Shown piece by piece: positions 48,790 to 57,758 of a stretch of DNA of 64,000 nucleotides. The DNA lies in the NCBI GenBank assembly GCA_022844165.1, contig JALHMH010000014.1:51125-115124 (forward strand), in the 5' to 3' direction. The notes beneath the pieces were generated by a model. The model made no database searches, had not been told where the DNA came from, and saw only the letters and a program-made list of their open reading frames with translations. The stretch's first letter is position 1, and every line of letters begins with the position of its first letter. Source of the stretch: Lysobacterales bacterium. GTDB lineage: Bacteria > Pseudomonadota > Gammaproteobacteria > Xanthomonadales > SZUA-5. Position numbers and translations under genes: made by a program.

Positions 48790-51700
48790 ATGCCCGATAT
48801 CTCTGCCGACGAAGCCAGACAACTGGCCCTGCTGCCGACTCGCGCAAGGGTGTTGATGGAGTTTCTCGCTTGGCGGCGCCTGCCTTTGCCGATCGGCGTC
48901 TTGCGGGCGCTGCATAGCTGTTTTTATGCTGACATTGATGATGAGATATCGGAAACCGAGATCGAAAAACAACTTCGAGCGCACATGCCGCTGCTCAAGT
49001 CGGTATCGAGAGCCACAGCGGTTGAACTGAAGAACGTTGCCATTCGCCGCGAACTGCTGATTTCGTTCTGCCGATCGCCGCGGTCGGCACTGGTGCGGTC
49101 CAGGATGGTGGGCGCGATAGCCAAAGCGCCGTCCTGGCAATACTTCGAACGGGCGCCCGCGCATGATGCTCTGAGCCGCATTCACCTGCTGCTTGGCGGA
49201 TGGAAGCAAGACGCCATCCTGGACATTCCGGACGATGCAGCCTTCGATTATTACCGGACACTGGGGTTCGACAACTTTCTTGCGTTTGGCCCGCGCGCGG
49301 CTTTATTCGATCTGTCGATGCGCGCAAGGCACTTCTTCATGGGCGGCAACGTGGATTGGGTCGCCGATATTGCGCGTGTTGGTCACGCATTGGCGGCCGA
49401 GCCGGACATCGAAACGAAGCGGCTGCTCGTCGTCGCTGCGTGGCTGATTGGCGAGCGCGCGCCGATCGAAGCGCTCGATCCTGCAGACGTGGCGGTTGGC
49501 GGAGCGAAATTGCTCGACGCGACGTTGGCCGGGGCGCCGCCAGAGACGGTTTTGCAGCACGCCGACTATGAGATTCGCGGCAAACGCGTGTTTGTCCACG
49601 GTCCACCGCTGATCTCGCTGTTGGTGCGGATTGCCTTGTACGTCAGCGGCGAGTTCCGTGCAGTCTCCCAGGACTTGGTACAGCTCGCGAAACGTGGTCA
49701 GGAAGTTCCCGGCGAACGCGAATTTCTGAAGTACCACGAGGCGGATCGCGTCGGTAAGCCGTATGAACCGCCGCACGTCGCGCACTATGCTGGTGAGGCG
49801 ATCTTTTATCCGCTCACAGCAATGTGTGTTGCGCTTTTTTCGCGATTCAGCAACGTGCCAGTCTCTGGTGCCGCGATGGCCATGCTGCAGGCGACGCTTA
49901 GGGAATTCAAACGCCGTGGGTTGGCCGGCTATGTCGGGTTGATCGAAACGACCTTGCAGGGCAAGGGTCCGGCACTGTGGCGCCGCCCGCAGCCTGCGTG
50001 GCAGCGACTCATCGAAACATTGACCGAATTGGCTCACGCGCCTGGATCGACTCAAGCCCAGGCCGATCCCAACACGCGGCTTAGAGTCCTGGTGCACGGA
50101 CTGATAGGAGACGCCGCCGTCCACATCGACTTTCTCGAGCAAAAACGCACCGCAAAGGGATATACGCAAGGGCGCAGGATTCGCGATGCAAATGACGCGC
50201 GAGGCGTTATCCAGCGACTGGCGCCCGACCAGGACGCCGCCCGACGCGTATTGACGCGCCTCGCGGCGCCGAATGCCGCATTCAACGGCAGCGTGCTGTA
50301 CGCGGGTTCGCCGGTGTTCGGTGAGCTGGCGCACCTGACCGAGATCTACGCCAGCGACGGCGAGCGGCGTGTGACTGTGCAATCGGTTGCGCCGGAACTG
50401 AAAGTGACGCGCAACGACGACGGCAGCCTGGTCGCAACGCTGCGCCCAGAACCGGATATTGCCGCCGATGCATTGCTGCGCTTCGAGAACGACGTGCTCA
50501 GCGTCGTCAGGTTTCGCGACGCGCATCGTCGCGTGGCCCAACTGTTGAAGCAACAGGAGACTCTGCCAGCGGAGTTCCTTCCAGCCTTGATCGCCATTGC
50601 GCCGGGTTTGGCCGACACTTTGAGCGTAGCCACCAGCGGCGGCAGTCGTATCGATGCCGATCCCGCACTTCACATGTTGCTCGATCGCATTGCGGATGGA
50701 CTGCGGTTCCGGTTGCGCGTTCGCCCGCTCGGCGATGCCGGTCCCTACCTGGTGCCCGGCATCGGCGCTGTAGAGATGATTGGCGTTCGCGATGGGATGG
50801 CGATCAGCGGCGAGCGCAATTTGCAGGCCGAGCGCAGTTCTTGCGCCGAATTGCTCGATGCTTTTCCCGCACTTGCCGGGTCAGCGACAAGCAACGGAAT
50901 CGACGTGGCCGAGCCCGAGGCAGCGCTCGAAACCCTGAGCGAACTGGTCGAGAAGCGCCCCGACTTACCGCTCGCGTGGGGGCAGGGCAAAGCGCTGCGC
51001 ATGGCGGCGCGTGGAACCCGGCAGTTCAAGCTCAAGGTCAAGGCGCAGCGCGATTGGTTCGAGGCCAGCGGCGGACTCGATCTCGACGATGGCGAAGTGG
51101 TAACGCTGGCGAAATTGTTGGAGGCGCTACCGTCGGCGCAGGGTCGCTTTTTGCGCTTGTCCGACGACCGCATCATTGCTTTGTCGCGGGACTTGCAAAA
51201 GCGGCTCTGGAATTTGCGCGCGCTTGCCGATGCAAAGGGTAGGGTGACGGTCGCGCCGGTCGCGGCCGGCGTTTTGGCAAATCTGGTTGAAGACAGCGCA
51301 CAACTGGACAAGGGTTTTCGCGAGCAGCTCAAACGCATGCAGCAGGCGCAAGCGCTGGACGTGAAATTGCCCAACCATTTTTCCGCTGAGCTGCGCGACT
51401 ATCAGCGTGATGGTTACGCATGGCTGATGCGCCTGGCGCATTGGAACGCAGGCGCGTGTCTGGCGGACGATATGGGCCTGGGCAAAACCATCCAGGCGCT
51501 GGCGGTGCTCACAGCGCGTGCGCCATTGGGGGCGGCGTTGGTGGTCGCGCCCACCTCAGTGGTCGCCAATTGGCGCCAGGAGGCCCGGCGTTTCGCGCCG
51601 ACGCTCAACATCATCGTGTTCGGCGATGGCGATCGCAGCGAGGCGCTGAAGAGCCTCGGGCCCGGACAGTTACTGCTCATCAGTTACGGACTGATGGCGT

Positions 51701-52767
51701 TGAATATCGATGCCCTGGAAAACGTGGCCTTCGCCACGCTGGTACTCGATGAGGCGCAGGCCGTGAAGAATGCTGCCGCGCAGCGGTCGCAAGCCGCGCG
51801 GCGTTTGCGCGCCGAGGCAAGAATTGCCACCACCGGCACGCCAATCGAGAACCACCTCGGAGAGCTTTGGAGCCTGATGCGCATTTTGAATCCTGGATTG
51901 TTAGGTAGCCAGGAGCATTTCCAGAAGCGTTTCGTGGATGCCATCGAGCGGCAACCGCGCGGAGTGGAGCGCGATGTGCTGCGGCAACTGATCTCACCAT
52001 TCCTGCTGCGCCGTCTGAAATCTGAAGTGCTCGACGAGTTGCCGCCACGCACAGAAATTGTGCTCAGCATTGAGCCGACGCGCGAAGAGGCGGAATTGTT
52101 GGCCGCAGTACGCCGTAGCGCACTGGAACGCTTGAACTCAGGCGGCGAGGGCGATGAGGCGCGCCGCTTCCACGTGCTTGCCGAACTGACGCGCCTTCGC
52201 CGCGCCGCGTGTCATCCGGCGTTGATCGCCCCCGAGTTCCGGCTACCCAGCGCCAAGCTCACAGAACTGATTCGGCTCTGCCATGAACTCAAAGAGAATC
52301 GCCATCGTGCGCTTGTGTTCAGTCAGTTCACCGATTTCCTGGCGCTTGTGAGGAAAGCCTTCGACGAGAACGCGATTTCCTATCAGTACCTCGACGGCGC
52401 TACCGCGCCAAAAGCGCGCGAGGCGGCCGTGGACGCCTTTCAAGGCGGTGCGGGCGATGTGTTCTTGCTGAGTCTGAAGGCCGGTGGTGTGGGCCTCAAT
52501 CTCACCGCCGCCGACTATGTGATCCACCTCGACCCATGGTGGAACCCTGCCGTCGAGCAACAAGCCACCGATCGCGCGCATCGCATCGGTCAAACGCGAC
52601 CCGTTACGGTATACAAACTCGTGGTCAAAGGCAGTATCGAAGAGCAGATTCTTGCGCTCCATGGCAGCAAGCGCGAACTGGCCGATAGCGTGCTTGGCGA
52701 GCAGGATGTGGCAAAGAGCTACAGCGTCGATGAGTTGGTCGCGCTGCTTGGATCTGCGAGTCCTTGA
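48790..52767 (+). CDS. Large SNF2-family helicase-like ATPase
   Basis: LRDYQ, LADDMGLGKT, DEAQ, TGTPIEN, LVFSQF, LKAGGVGLNL, DPWWNPAVE.QA.DRAHRIGQ. Confidence 0.92.
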   Translation: MPDISADEARQLALLPTRARVLMEFLAWRRLPLPIGVLRALHSCFYADIDDEISETEIEKQLRAHMPLLKSVSRATAVELKNVAIRRELLISFCRSPRSALVRSRMVGAIAKAPSWQYFERAPAHDALSRIHLLLGGWKQDAILDIPDDAAFDYYRTLGFDNFLAFGPRAALFDLSMRARHFFMGGNVDWVADIARVGHALAAEPDIETKRLLVVAAWLIGERAPIEALDPADVAVGGAKLLDATLAGAPPETVLQHADYEIRGKRVFVHGPPLISLLVRIALYVSGEFRAVSQDLVQLAKRGQEVPGEREFLKYHEADRVGKPYEPPHVAHYAGEAIFYPLTAMCVALFSRFSNVPVSGAAMAMLQATLREFKRRGLAGYVGLIETTLQGKGPALWRRPQPAWQRLIETLTELAHAPGSTQAQADPNTRLRVLVHGLIGDAAVHIDFLEQKRTAKGYTQGRRIRDANDARGVIQRLAPDQDAARRVLTRLAAPNAAFNGSVLYAGSPVFGELAHLTEIYASDGERRVTVQSVAPELKVTRNDDGSLVATLRPEPDIAADALLRFENDVLSVVRFRDAHRRVAQLLKQQETLPAEFLPALIAIAPGLADTLSVATSGGSRIDADPALHMLLDRIADGLRFRLRVRPLGDAGPYLVPGIGAVEMIGVRDGMAISGERNLQAERSSCAELLDAFPALAGSATSNGIDVAEPEAALETLSELVEKRPDLPLAWGQGKALRMAARGTRQFKLKVKAQRDWFEASGGLDLDDGEVVTLAKLLEALPSAQGRFLRLSDDRIIALSRDLQKRLWNLRALADAKGRVTVAPVAAGVLANLVEDSAQLDKGFREQLKRMQQAQALDVKLPNHFSAELRDYQRDGYAWLMRLAHWNAGACLADDMGLGKTIQALAVLTARAPLGAALVVAPTSVVANWRQEARRFAPTLNIIVFGDGDRSEALKSLGPGQLLLISYGLMALNIDALENVAFATLVLDEAQAVKNAAAQRSQAARRLRAEARIATTGTPIENHLGELWSLMRILNPGLLGSQEHFQKRFVDAIERQPRGVERDVLRQLISPFLLRRLKSEVLDELPPRTEIVLSIEPTREEAELLAAVRRSALERLNSGGEGDEARRFHVLAELTRLRRAACHPALIAPEFRLPSAKLTELIRLCHELKENRHRALVFSQFTDFLALVRKAFDENAISYQYLDGATAPKAREAAVDAFQGGAGDVFLLSLKAGGVGLNLTAADYVIHLDPWWNPAVEQQATDRAHRIGQTRPVTVYKLVVKGSIEEQILALHGSKRELADSVLGEQDVAKSYSVDELVALLGSASP

Positions 52768-52975
52768 CGGGGCTGGACCTTGTTGTTTGAGTCGAATTTT
52801 TGGGCGACACTGGCTTTTGCTTCGTGTTGAGCAAGCCGTTCAGGAAAAGCGGTCTTTCCGCAACGATCGTGGCCGCACGACTTTCCTTGTTGCGGCTGGA
52901 TTCCGCCCTGATCCGTGTGGCCAGTTCCCTGTCGAACCAAGCCAATCATGCCGGACGGTCTGAGCCAAAGCCTCG
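52759..52975 (-). repeat. Dispersed structured element, diverged full-length copy A (inverted)
   Basis: Reverse complement starts CGAGGCTTTGGCTCAGACCG and ends AAAATTCGACTCAAACAACAAGGTCCAGCCCCGTCAAGGACT; contains the SNF2 TGA stop. Confidence 0.8.
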
Positions 52976-53012
52976 CTGGCGCCAGTGGACTTGCGAACAG
53001 GGTAGACACTAG

Positions 53013-53249
53013 CGAGCTTCGCCTCAGACCGCCGAGCATTGTTGGCTTTGCCAGACACCGTACTTGCCACAGCCCCGCGCTCCGCATTTCCGGCCCGGCG
53101 GCACAGCCGCCGGTCGTTCGTCTCGGCACACGCCTTGCGGCGTGTAAGCGCCGATCCTCACCCCCCTTGTACTCAAGGGGGCTTCAACAGCCAAAGCCGC
53201 TCCGACGAAAATTTGACTCAAATGACAAGATCCCGCTCAGTCAAGGACT
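53013..53249 (+). repeat. Dispersed structured element, copy B
   Basis: CGAGCTTCGCCTCAGACCGCCGAGCATTGTTGGC...GTCAAGGACT flanked by CTAG on both sides. Confidence 0.92.
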
Positions 53250-53253
53250 CTAG

Positions 53254-53430
53254 CGAGGCTTCGCCTCAGACCGCCGAGCATTGTTGGCTTCGCCAGACAC
53301 CGTACTTGCCATAACCCCCATCGAGCGCTGCGCGCTCAATTGCCCCCTTTAATTTAAGGGGGCTTCCCAAGCCAAAGCCGCTCTGGAGAAAATTCGACTC
53401 ATTTGACAAGATCCGGCCCTGTCAAGGATT
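53254..53430 (+). repeat. Dispersed structured element, copy C (tandem to B, shorter middle)
   Basis: First ~60 nt near-identical to B; ends GACAAGATCCGGCCCTGTCAAGGATT followed by ATAG. Confidence 0.92.
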
Positions 53431-53449
53431 ATAGACCGACCGGTCTATA
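53430..53449. promoter_or_regulatory. TetR operator (NemR/LmrA-type box)
   Basis: Perfect inverted repeat TATAGACCG-AC-CGGTCTATA containing TAGACC-N4-GGTCTA, just before the TetR start. Confidence 0.8.
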
Positions 53450-53459
53450 GACTGATGTG

Positions 53460-54056
53460 ATGAATACTGCCGCTTCAACCCCGCAGACGCGGGACCGCCT
53501 GATTGCCGCCATGCTCGATGCGCTGCGCTGCCGCGGCTATCACGGTGTGGGGTTAAGTGAATTGCTGGCTGCGGCGGGTGCGCCGAAGGGTGTGCTCTAC
53601 CATCACTTTCCGGGTGGCAAGGCAGAGCTGGCGGTCGCTGCGGTACAGCTTGCGATCGACGGCATGCTTGTCAGTTTAGACCGCTTGTTCGAAAAACACG
53701 CCGACCCGGCGATAGCGCTCGCGGCCTGGATGGATGGCGCGCAGAAGCAGTTGCGTGCCAGCGAGTTTGAGCGCGGTTGTCCACTGGCGACGATTGCGCT
53801 GGAATCGACACCGAACGACGTCGCAATTCGGGGCGCGCTCGCCAACGGTTTTTCCGCGATTCGTGCGCATTTGGCCGGTACGCTTGAGCGGCAAGGCGTG
53901 GCGGCGGCGATTGCGGGCCAGATCGCGGTGCTGATCCTGGCGGCCTACGAAGGCGCGCTACTGCAGGCTCGTGTCGCCGGGCGAACCGACGCGATACGCG
54001 ACACCAGCGCGGCGCTGATCGCATTGATCAATACTCAGATTGGAGCCACAAAGTGA
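53460..54056 (+). CDS. TetR/AcrR family regulator (LmrA/YxaF/NemR-like)
   Basis: GYHGVGLSELL..AGAPKGVLYHHFPGGK, GCPLATIALE, YEGALL. Confidence 0.93.
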   Translation: MNTAASTPQTRDRLIAAMLDALRCRGYHGVGLSELLAAAGAPKGVLYHHFPGGKAELAVAAVQLAIDGMLVSLDRLFEKHADPAIALAAWMDGAQKQLRASEFERGCPLATIALESTPNDVAIRGALANGFSAIRAHLAGTLERQGVAAAIAGQIAVLILAAYEGALLQARVAGRTDAIRDTSAALIALINTQIGATK

Positions 54057-54940
54057 GCACCAAACTCCCCATCGGCGCCATGCCGGTGACCTTGACCACC
54101 GACGATGGTACCCTGATCCAGGCCTTGCGCTATGACGCGGATACACCTCGCGGTCGAGTCGTCGTCGCGGGTGCGACCGGCGTTCCGCAGTTGTTCTATC
54201 GCGCCTTCGCCGAACATGCGGCCAGTCGCGGTTTTTCGACGCTGACGTTGGACTACCGAGGCATAGGTTTGTCCCGCCCACCGTCGTTGCGTGGTTTTCG
54301 CATGAATTACCTCGACTGGGCTCGCCAGGATCTTTCCGCTGCCGTTCATGCGATGAGCGACGACCAGATACCGTTGTACATGGTCGGCCACTCATTTGGC
54401 GGACATGCCTTCGGTCTGCTACCCAACTTCGATCGCGTTGCACGCTTCTACACCTTTGCCACCGGTGCCGGTTGGCATGGTTGGATGCCGGCCGCAGAGC
54501 AATGGCGCGTGCGCGTGCTGTGGCACGTCGTCGCGCCGCTGATCACCGCCTGGAGCGGCTTTTTGGCGTGGGGACGCCTGGGTATGGGCGAGGACCTGCC
54601 CTACGGCGTGTACCGCGATTGGAAGCGCTGGTGCACTTATCCGCGCTACTTCTTCGACGACCCCACGATGGCCGACAGCGTTGCGCAGAGTTTCGACCGA
54701 GTGCGTACGCCTGTCGTTGCGGCGAACTCAGTTGACGATCGCTGGGCGCCACCGGCATCACGCGATGCATTCATGTCGGGATATCGCAATGCGCCGTTGC
54801 GCTCCGTCGATCTTGAACCGCGAACTTACGGCTTGGATTCGATCGGCCACATGGGTTACTTCAGGCGCAATGCGCAGCCACTCTGGGACGAGGTGCTGGA
54901 GTGGTTCGCGTCGTCCGCCAACATCAGCCCTGCCGTATGA
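54053..54940 (+). CDS. Alpha/beta hydrolase (COG4757-like)
   Basis: ATGVPQ.FY, DYRGIG.S, nucleophile elbow GHSFGG, IGHMGYF. Confidence 0.9.
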   Translation: MSTKLPIGAMPVTLTTDDGTLIQALRYDADTPRGRVVVAGATGVPQLFYRAFAEHAASRGFSTLTLDYRGIGLSRPPSLRGFRMNYLDWARQDLSAAVHAMSDDQIPLYMVGHSFGGHAFGLLPNFDRVARFYTFATGAGWHGWMPAAEQWRVRVLWHVVAPLITAWSGFLAWGRLGMGEDLPYGVYRDWKRWCTYPRYFFDDPTMADSVAQSFDRVRTPVVAANSVDDRWAPPASRDAFMSGYRNAPLRSVDLEPRTYGLDSIGHMGYFRRNAQPLWDEVLEWFASSANISPAV

Positions 54941-55674
54941 GCGTACCTTCCGAAGCATCGTCGTTGTCCGCGCTGCTGCGGTCGCGCCGCAGCATCCGCG
55001 ACTTTTTGCCCGATCCCATTGATCCCGTGCTGATTGAGGCGGTCCTCGACGATGCTCGGCAGTCGCCGAGTTGGTCGAACACTCAGCCGTACCGCATCGC
55101 CATCGCGAGCGGCGCCGTGCGCGACCGCCTGGCATTGGATCTGTGCGAACGCTACGACCTGGCGATGCGTGCCCAGCGTGGCGGGTTGCTCGGCAAACTG
55201 CGCTTGCTGCTGACCCGCAGAGGGCTGCCCGATGGCGACTTTCGTACTAACTTCGAGTATCCAGCCGATTTGCAACCGCGCCGGCGCCAAACCGGTTTTG
55301 GGCTGTACCAACTGCTTGGAATCGATCGCCGCGACCGCGCAGCGAGAGAGGCGCAAATGCGCCGCAATTTCGCGTTCTTTGGCGCGCCGGTAGCGATCTT
55401 CGTTTTCGTCCATTCTGGCTTGCGCGAGTACTCGGCACTCGATGCCGGCATTTGGCTACAAAGTTTGATGCTGTCTGCGCATGCGCGCGGATTGGGCAGT
55501 TGCGCTCAAGGCGCGCTCGCGACGTGGGCGGGGCCGGTGCGGGCGGCATTCGATGTGCCGAAGTCCTATCGATTGCTCTTTGGTGTTTCCCTCGGCATCC
55601 CCTCAGGACAGCCGGTCAATCGTTACGATCCAGGGCGAGTCGGCGCCGAGGATATGCGTCTGGCGGCGCGCTGA
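54937..55674 (+). CDS. Nitroreductase family protein
   Basis: RRSIRDF, PSWSNTQP, FFGAPV, D.GIWLQSLML.A.A.GLGSC.Q. Confidence 0.9.
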   Translation: MSVPSEASSLSALLRSRRSIRDFLPDPIDPVLIEAVLDDARQSPSWSNTQPYRIAIASGAVRDRLALDLCERYDLAMRAQRGGLLGKLRLLLTRRGLPDGDFRTNFEYPADLQPRRRQTGFGLYQLLGIDRRDRAAREAQMRRNFAFFGAPVAIFVFVHSGLREYSALDAGIWLQSLMLSAHARGLGSCAQGALATWAGPVRAAFDVPKSYRLLFGVSLGIPSGQPVNRYDPGRVGAEDMRLAAR

Positions 55675-55683
55675 TGTGGAACC

Positions 55684-55811
55684 ACCGGAGAGCGGTTATG
55701 AGCAACGAGCGTCCCTTGTGTCCAGCTGGCGCCGCGCGCAGCGCGCCCAGCGGGGTTGTGGCAAGTACGCTGCCGAACGTTGCCGGCAATGCCCGGCGGT
55801 CCGAGGCGAAG
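55684..55811 (-). repeat. Dispersed structured element, copy D (inverted, degenerate 3' part)
   Basis: Reverse complement CTTCGCCTCGGACCGCCGGGCATTGCCGGCAACGTTCGGCAGCGTACTTGCCACAACCCCG; begins right at the rmuC stop. Confidence 0.85.
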
Positions 55812-57302
55812 TTATCCTTCCTCGTCGCCACCAAATTCAATCGCTTCTTGCACAATCTCGTTAGGCAGCGCTTTACTGCTGCGGGCGCCCATGCTGCGTA
55901 GCTGATCCGCCTGACGGATCAGATTGCCGCGGCCAGACTTGAGTTTGTTATAGGCGCCATCCAGCTGGCTTTGCGCCTTGGACAACGACAGGCGCGCGTT
56001 TTCGAGATCGTCGATGAAGCCAACAAATTTGTCGTAAAGCGAACCGGCACGCTTGGCGATGTCGGCCGCATGCCGGTTGCGCAGCTCGAGTTTCCAAAGA
56101 TGACTGGCGGCACGTAGCGTCGCGAGCAAAGTGGAGGGCGAAACGATGGCGACATTCTTGGTCAACGCAAATTCGTACAAGCCACCGTCGCGTCGTACGG
56201 CCTCGATCAGCGCCGATTCCACGGGCACGAAAAGCAGCACAAAATCCAGAGCCCGACCATCCAGAAGGCTGGCGTAATCCCGCTCCGACAGGTTCTGCAC
56301 ATGTCGCCGGATGGAGGTCAGATGTTCGTCTAACGCCTGGTCGCGTTCTGCCTCGCTCGCGGCGCGCGTCGAGCGTTCGTAGGCGGTGAGCGATACTTTG
56401 GCATCGATCACCAGATCGCGCTCCTGCGGAAGATGCACGATCACATCCGGCCGCGGGCGGCTGCCATCTTCGGTCTTGAGTGCCGCCTGCTCGGTGTATT
56501 CGCGTCCGGAGGTGAGCCCGGCGGCCTGCAGCAATCGCGAAAGGATGAGCTCACCCCACGCACCTTGCACGCGCGTGTCGCCACGCAGCGCACGCGTCAA
56601 ACTCAGCGCCTCGGTGCTCAGTTGCTGGTTGAGCGATTTGAGGCCGTCGATTTCGCGCGCCAGCAGACTGCGTTCTTTGGATTCGGTGAAATACGCCTGT
56701 TGGACGGCATCCTGAAACTGTCTGAGTTGTTCGCGCACGGGTGTCAGCAGCGCGCCGATGTGTTGTTCGCTGTCGGCTTTCAGTCGTTGGCTGCGATCGT
56801 CCAGCACCTCACTGGCGAGGTTCTTGAACGCATCGCTGAATTCGCCGCGCAGTTTTCCGACGAAGTCGAGCTTCTCGTTGGCGTTGCGGATTTCGTCCTG
56901 CAAGCGCGTTTCCAGTCCCTTGGCGAGCGTCAAAGCCGCTTCCAATCGCCTGCGCGATGTCGTCAGCTCCTGTTCGCGTTCGCGTAGCGTTTCCTCCAGG
57001 TGCTGCATGCGGCTCGCGGCGCCCCGAAGTTCGCCGTTCTCAGCCAGCAGTTGCCGGACCTGCGCGTGCACCGCCTCAATGCGTTGCCGGTCTGCGCTGC
57101 TCTCGCGTTGTCGCAGGTCGAGCTCTTCCTGCAGCGCATTGGCTCGGGCACGTAGTTCATCGATCTCGCCTTGCCGCGACTGGCGCCCGCTATCGAAGCG
57201 TGTTGCCAGCCGCGACGGCAGCACAACGAAGGCGAGGGCACTTGCGAGCGTCAAACCGAGCAACACGCCCAGTAGAACAGAAACCAGGGAAATAGCCGTC
57301 AT
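55812..57302 (-). CDS. rmuC: DNA recombination protein RmuC
   Basis: N-terminal TM, coiled coil, QGAWGE..L, RPDVIVHLP, IDAKVSL, FVPVESA, SPSTLLATL, G.GNL. Confidence 0.92.
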   Translation of the reverse strand: MTAISLVSVLLGVLLGLTLASALAFVVLPSRLATRFDSGRQSRQGEIDELRARANALQEELDLRQRESSADRQRIEAVHAQVRQLLAENGELRGAASRMQHLEETLREREQELTTSRRRLEAALTLAKGLETRLQDEIRNANEKLDFVGKLRGEFSDAFKNLASEVLDDRSQRLKADSEQHIGALLTPVREQLRQFQDAVQQAYFTESKERSLLAREIDGLKSLNQQLSTEALSLTRALRGDTRVQGAWGELILSRLLQAAGLTSGREYTEQAALKTEDGSRPRPDVIVHLPQERDLVIDAKVSLTAYERSTRAASEAERDQALDEHLTSIRRHVQNLSERDYASLLDGRALDFVLLFVPVESALIEAVRRDGGLYEFALTKNVAIVSPSTLLATLRAASHLWKLELRNRHAADIAKRAGSLYDKFVGFIDDLENARLSLSKAQSQLDGAYNKLKSGRGNLIRQADQLRSMGARSSKALPNEIVQEAIEFGGDEEG

Positions 57303-57432
57303 AGTCGCAAACCAGGATGTGGCGCGAGAATAGTGCAATCGCGCCCAGAGGTACGACCCAAGTCGCAACATGCAACGCGCATTGTGCGCGGAGTTGCGCG
57401 ACAATGCGCACAGGTATCACGAGGAATCGACC

Positions 57433-57672
57433 ATGATCAAACTGTTGGATCGCGACACCGGTGCTCAGATCGCCGAGTTGAGCGACGAAGACCTGGCGCA
57501 GCTGATCGCCGCGCTGGAGGAAGAGTCCAGCGAGGATCAGGACTATTACATCGATACCGCCACGCTGGCGTTTCTGGCTGAATCCGGCGTGCGCCGCGAT
57601 TTGCTCAAACAAATCGGCGCGGCGCTGGGCGATCGTGAGGGCATCGAGGTGGTATGGCAACGCGATGGATGA
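57433..57672 (+). CDS. Small acidic conserved hypothetical protein (79 aa)
   Basis: GAGGAA RBS; LEEESSEDQDYYID motif. Confidence 0.75.
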   Translation: MIKLLDRDTGAQIAELSDEDLAQLIAALEEESSEDQDYYIDTATLAFLAESGVRRDLLKQIGAALGDREGIEVVWQRDG

Positions 57673-57758
57673 TGAGGTGCGCTCAAGGCTCCGGGCCCGC
57701 GGCCTGTTTCATTCGAAGCAGACAGTGATGGCTTGAGTTGGCGTCGGTTCGAATCTGG

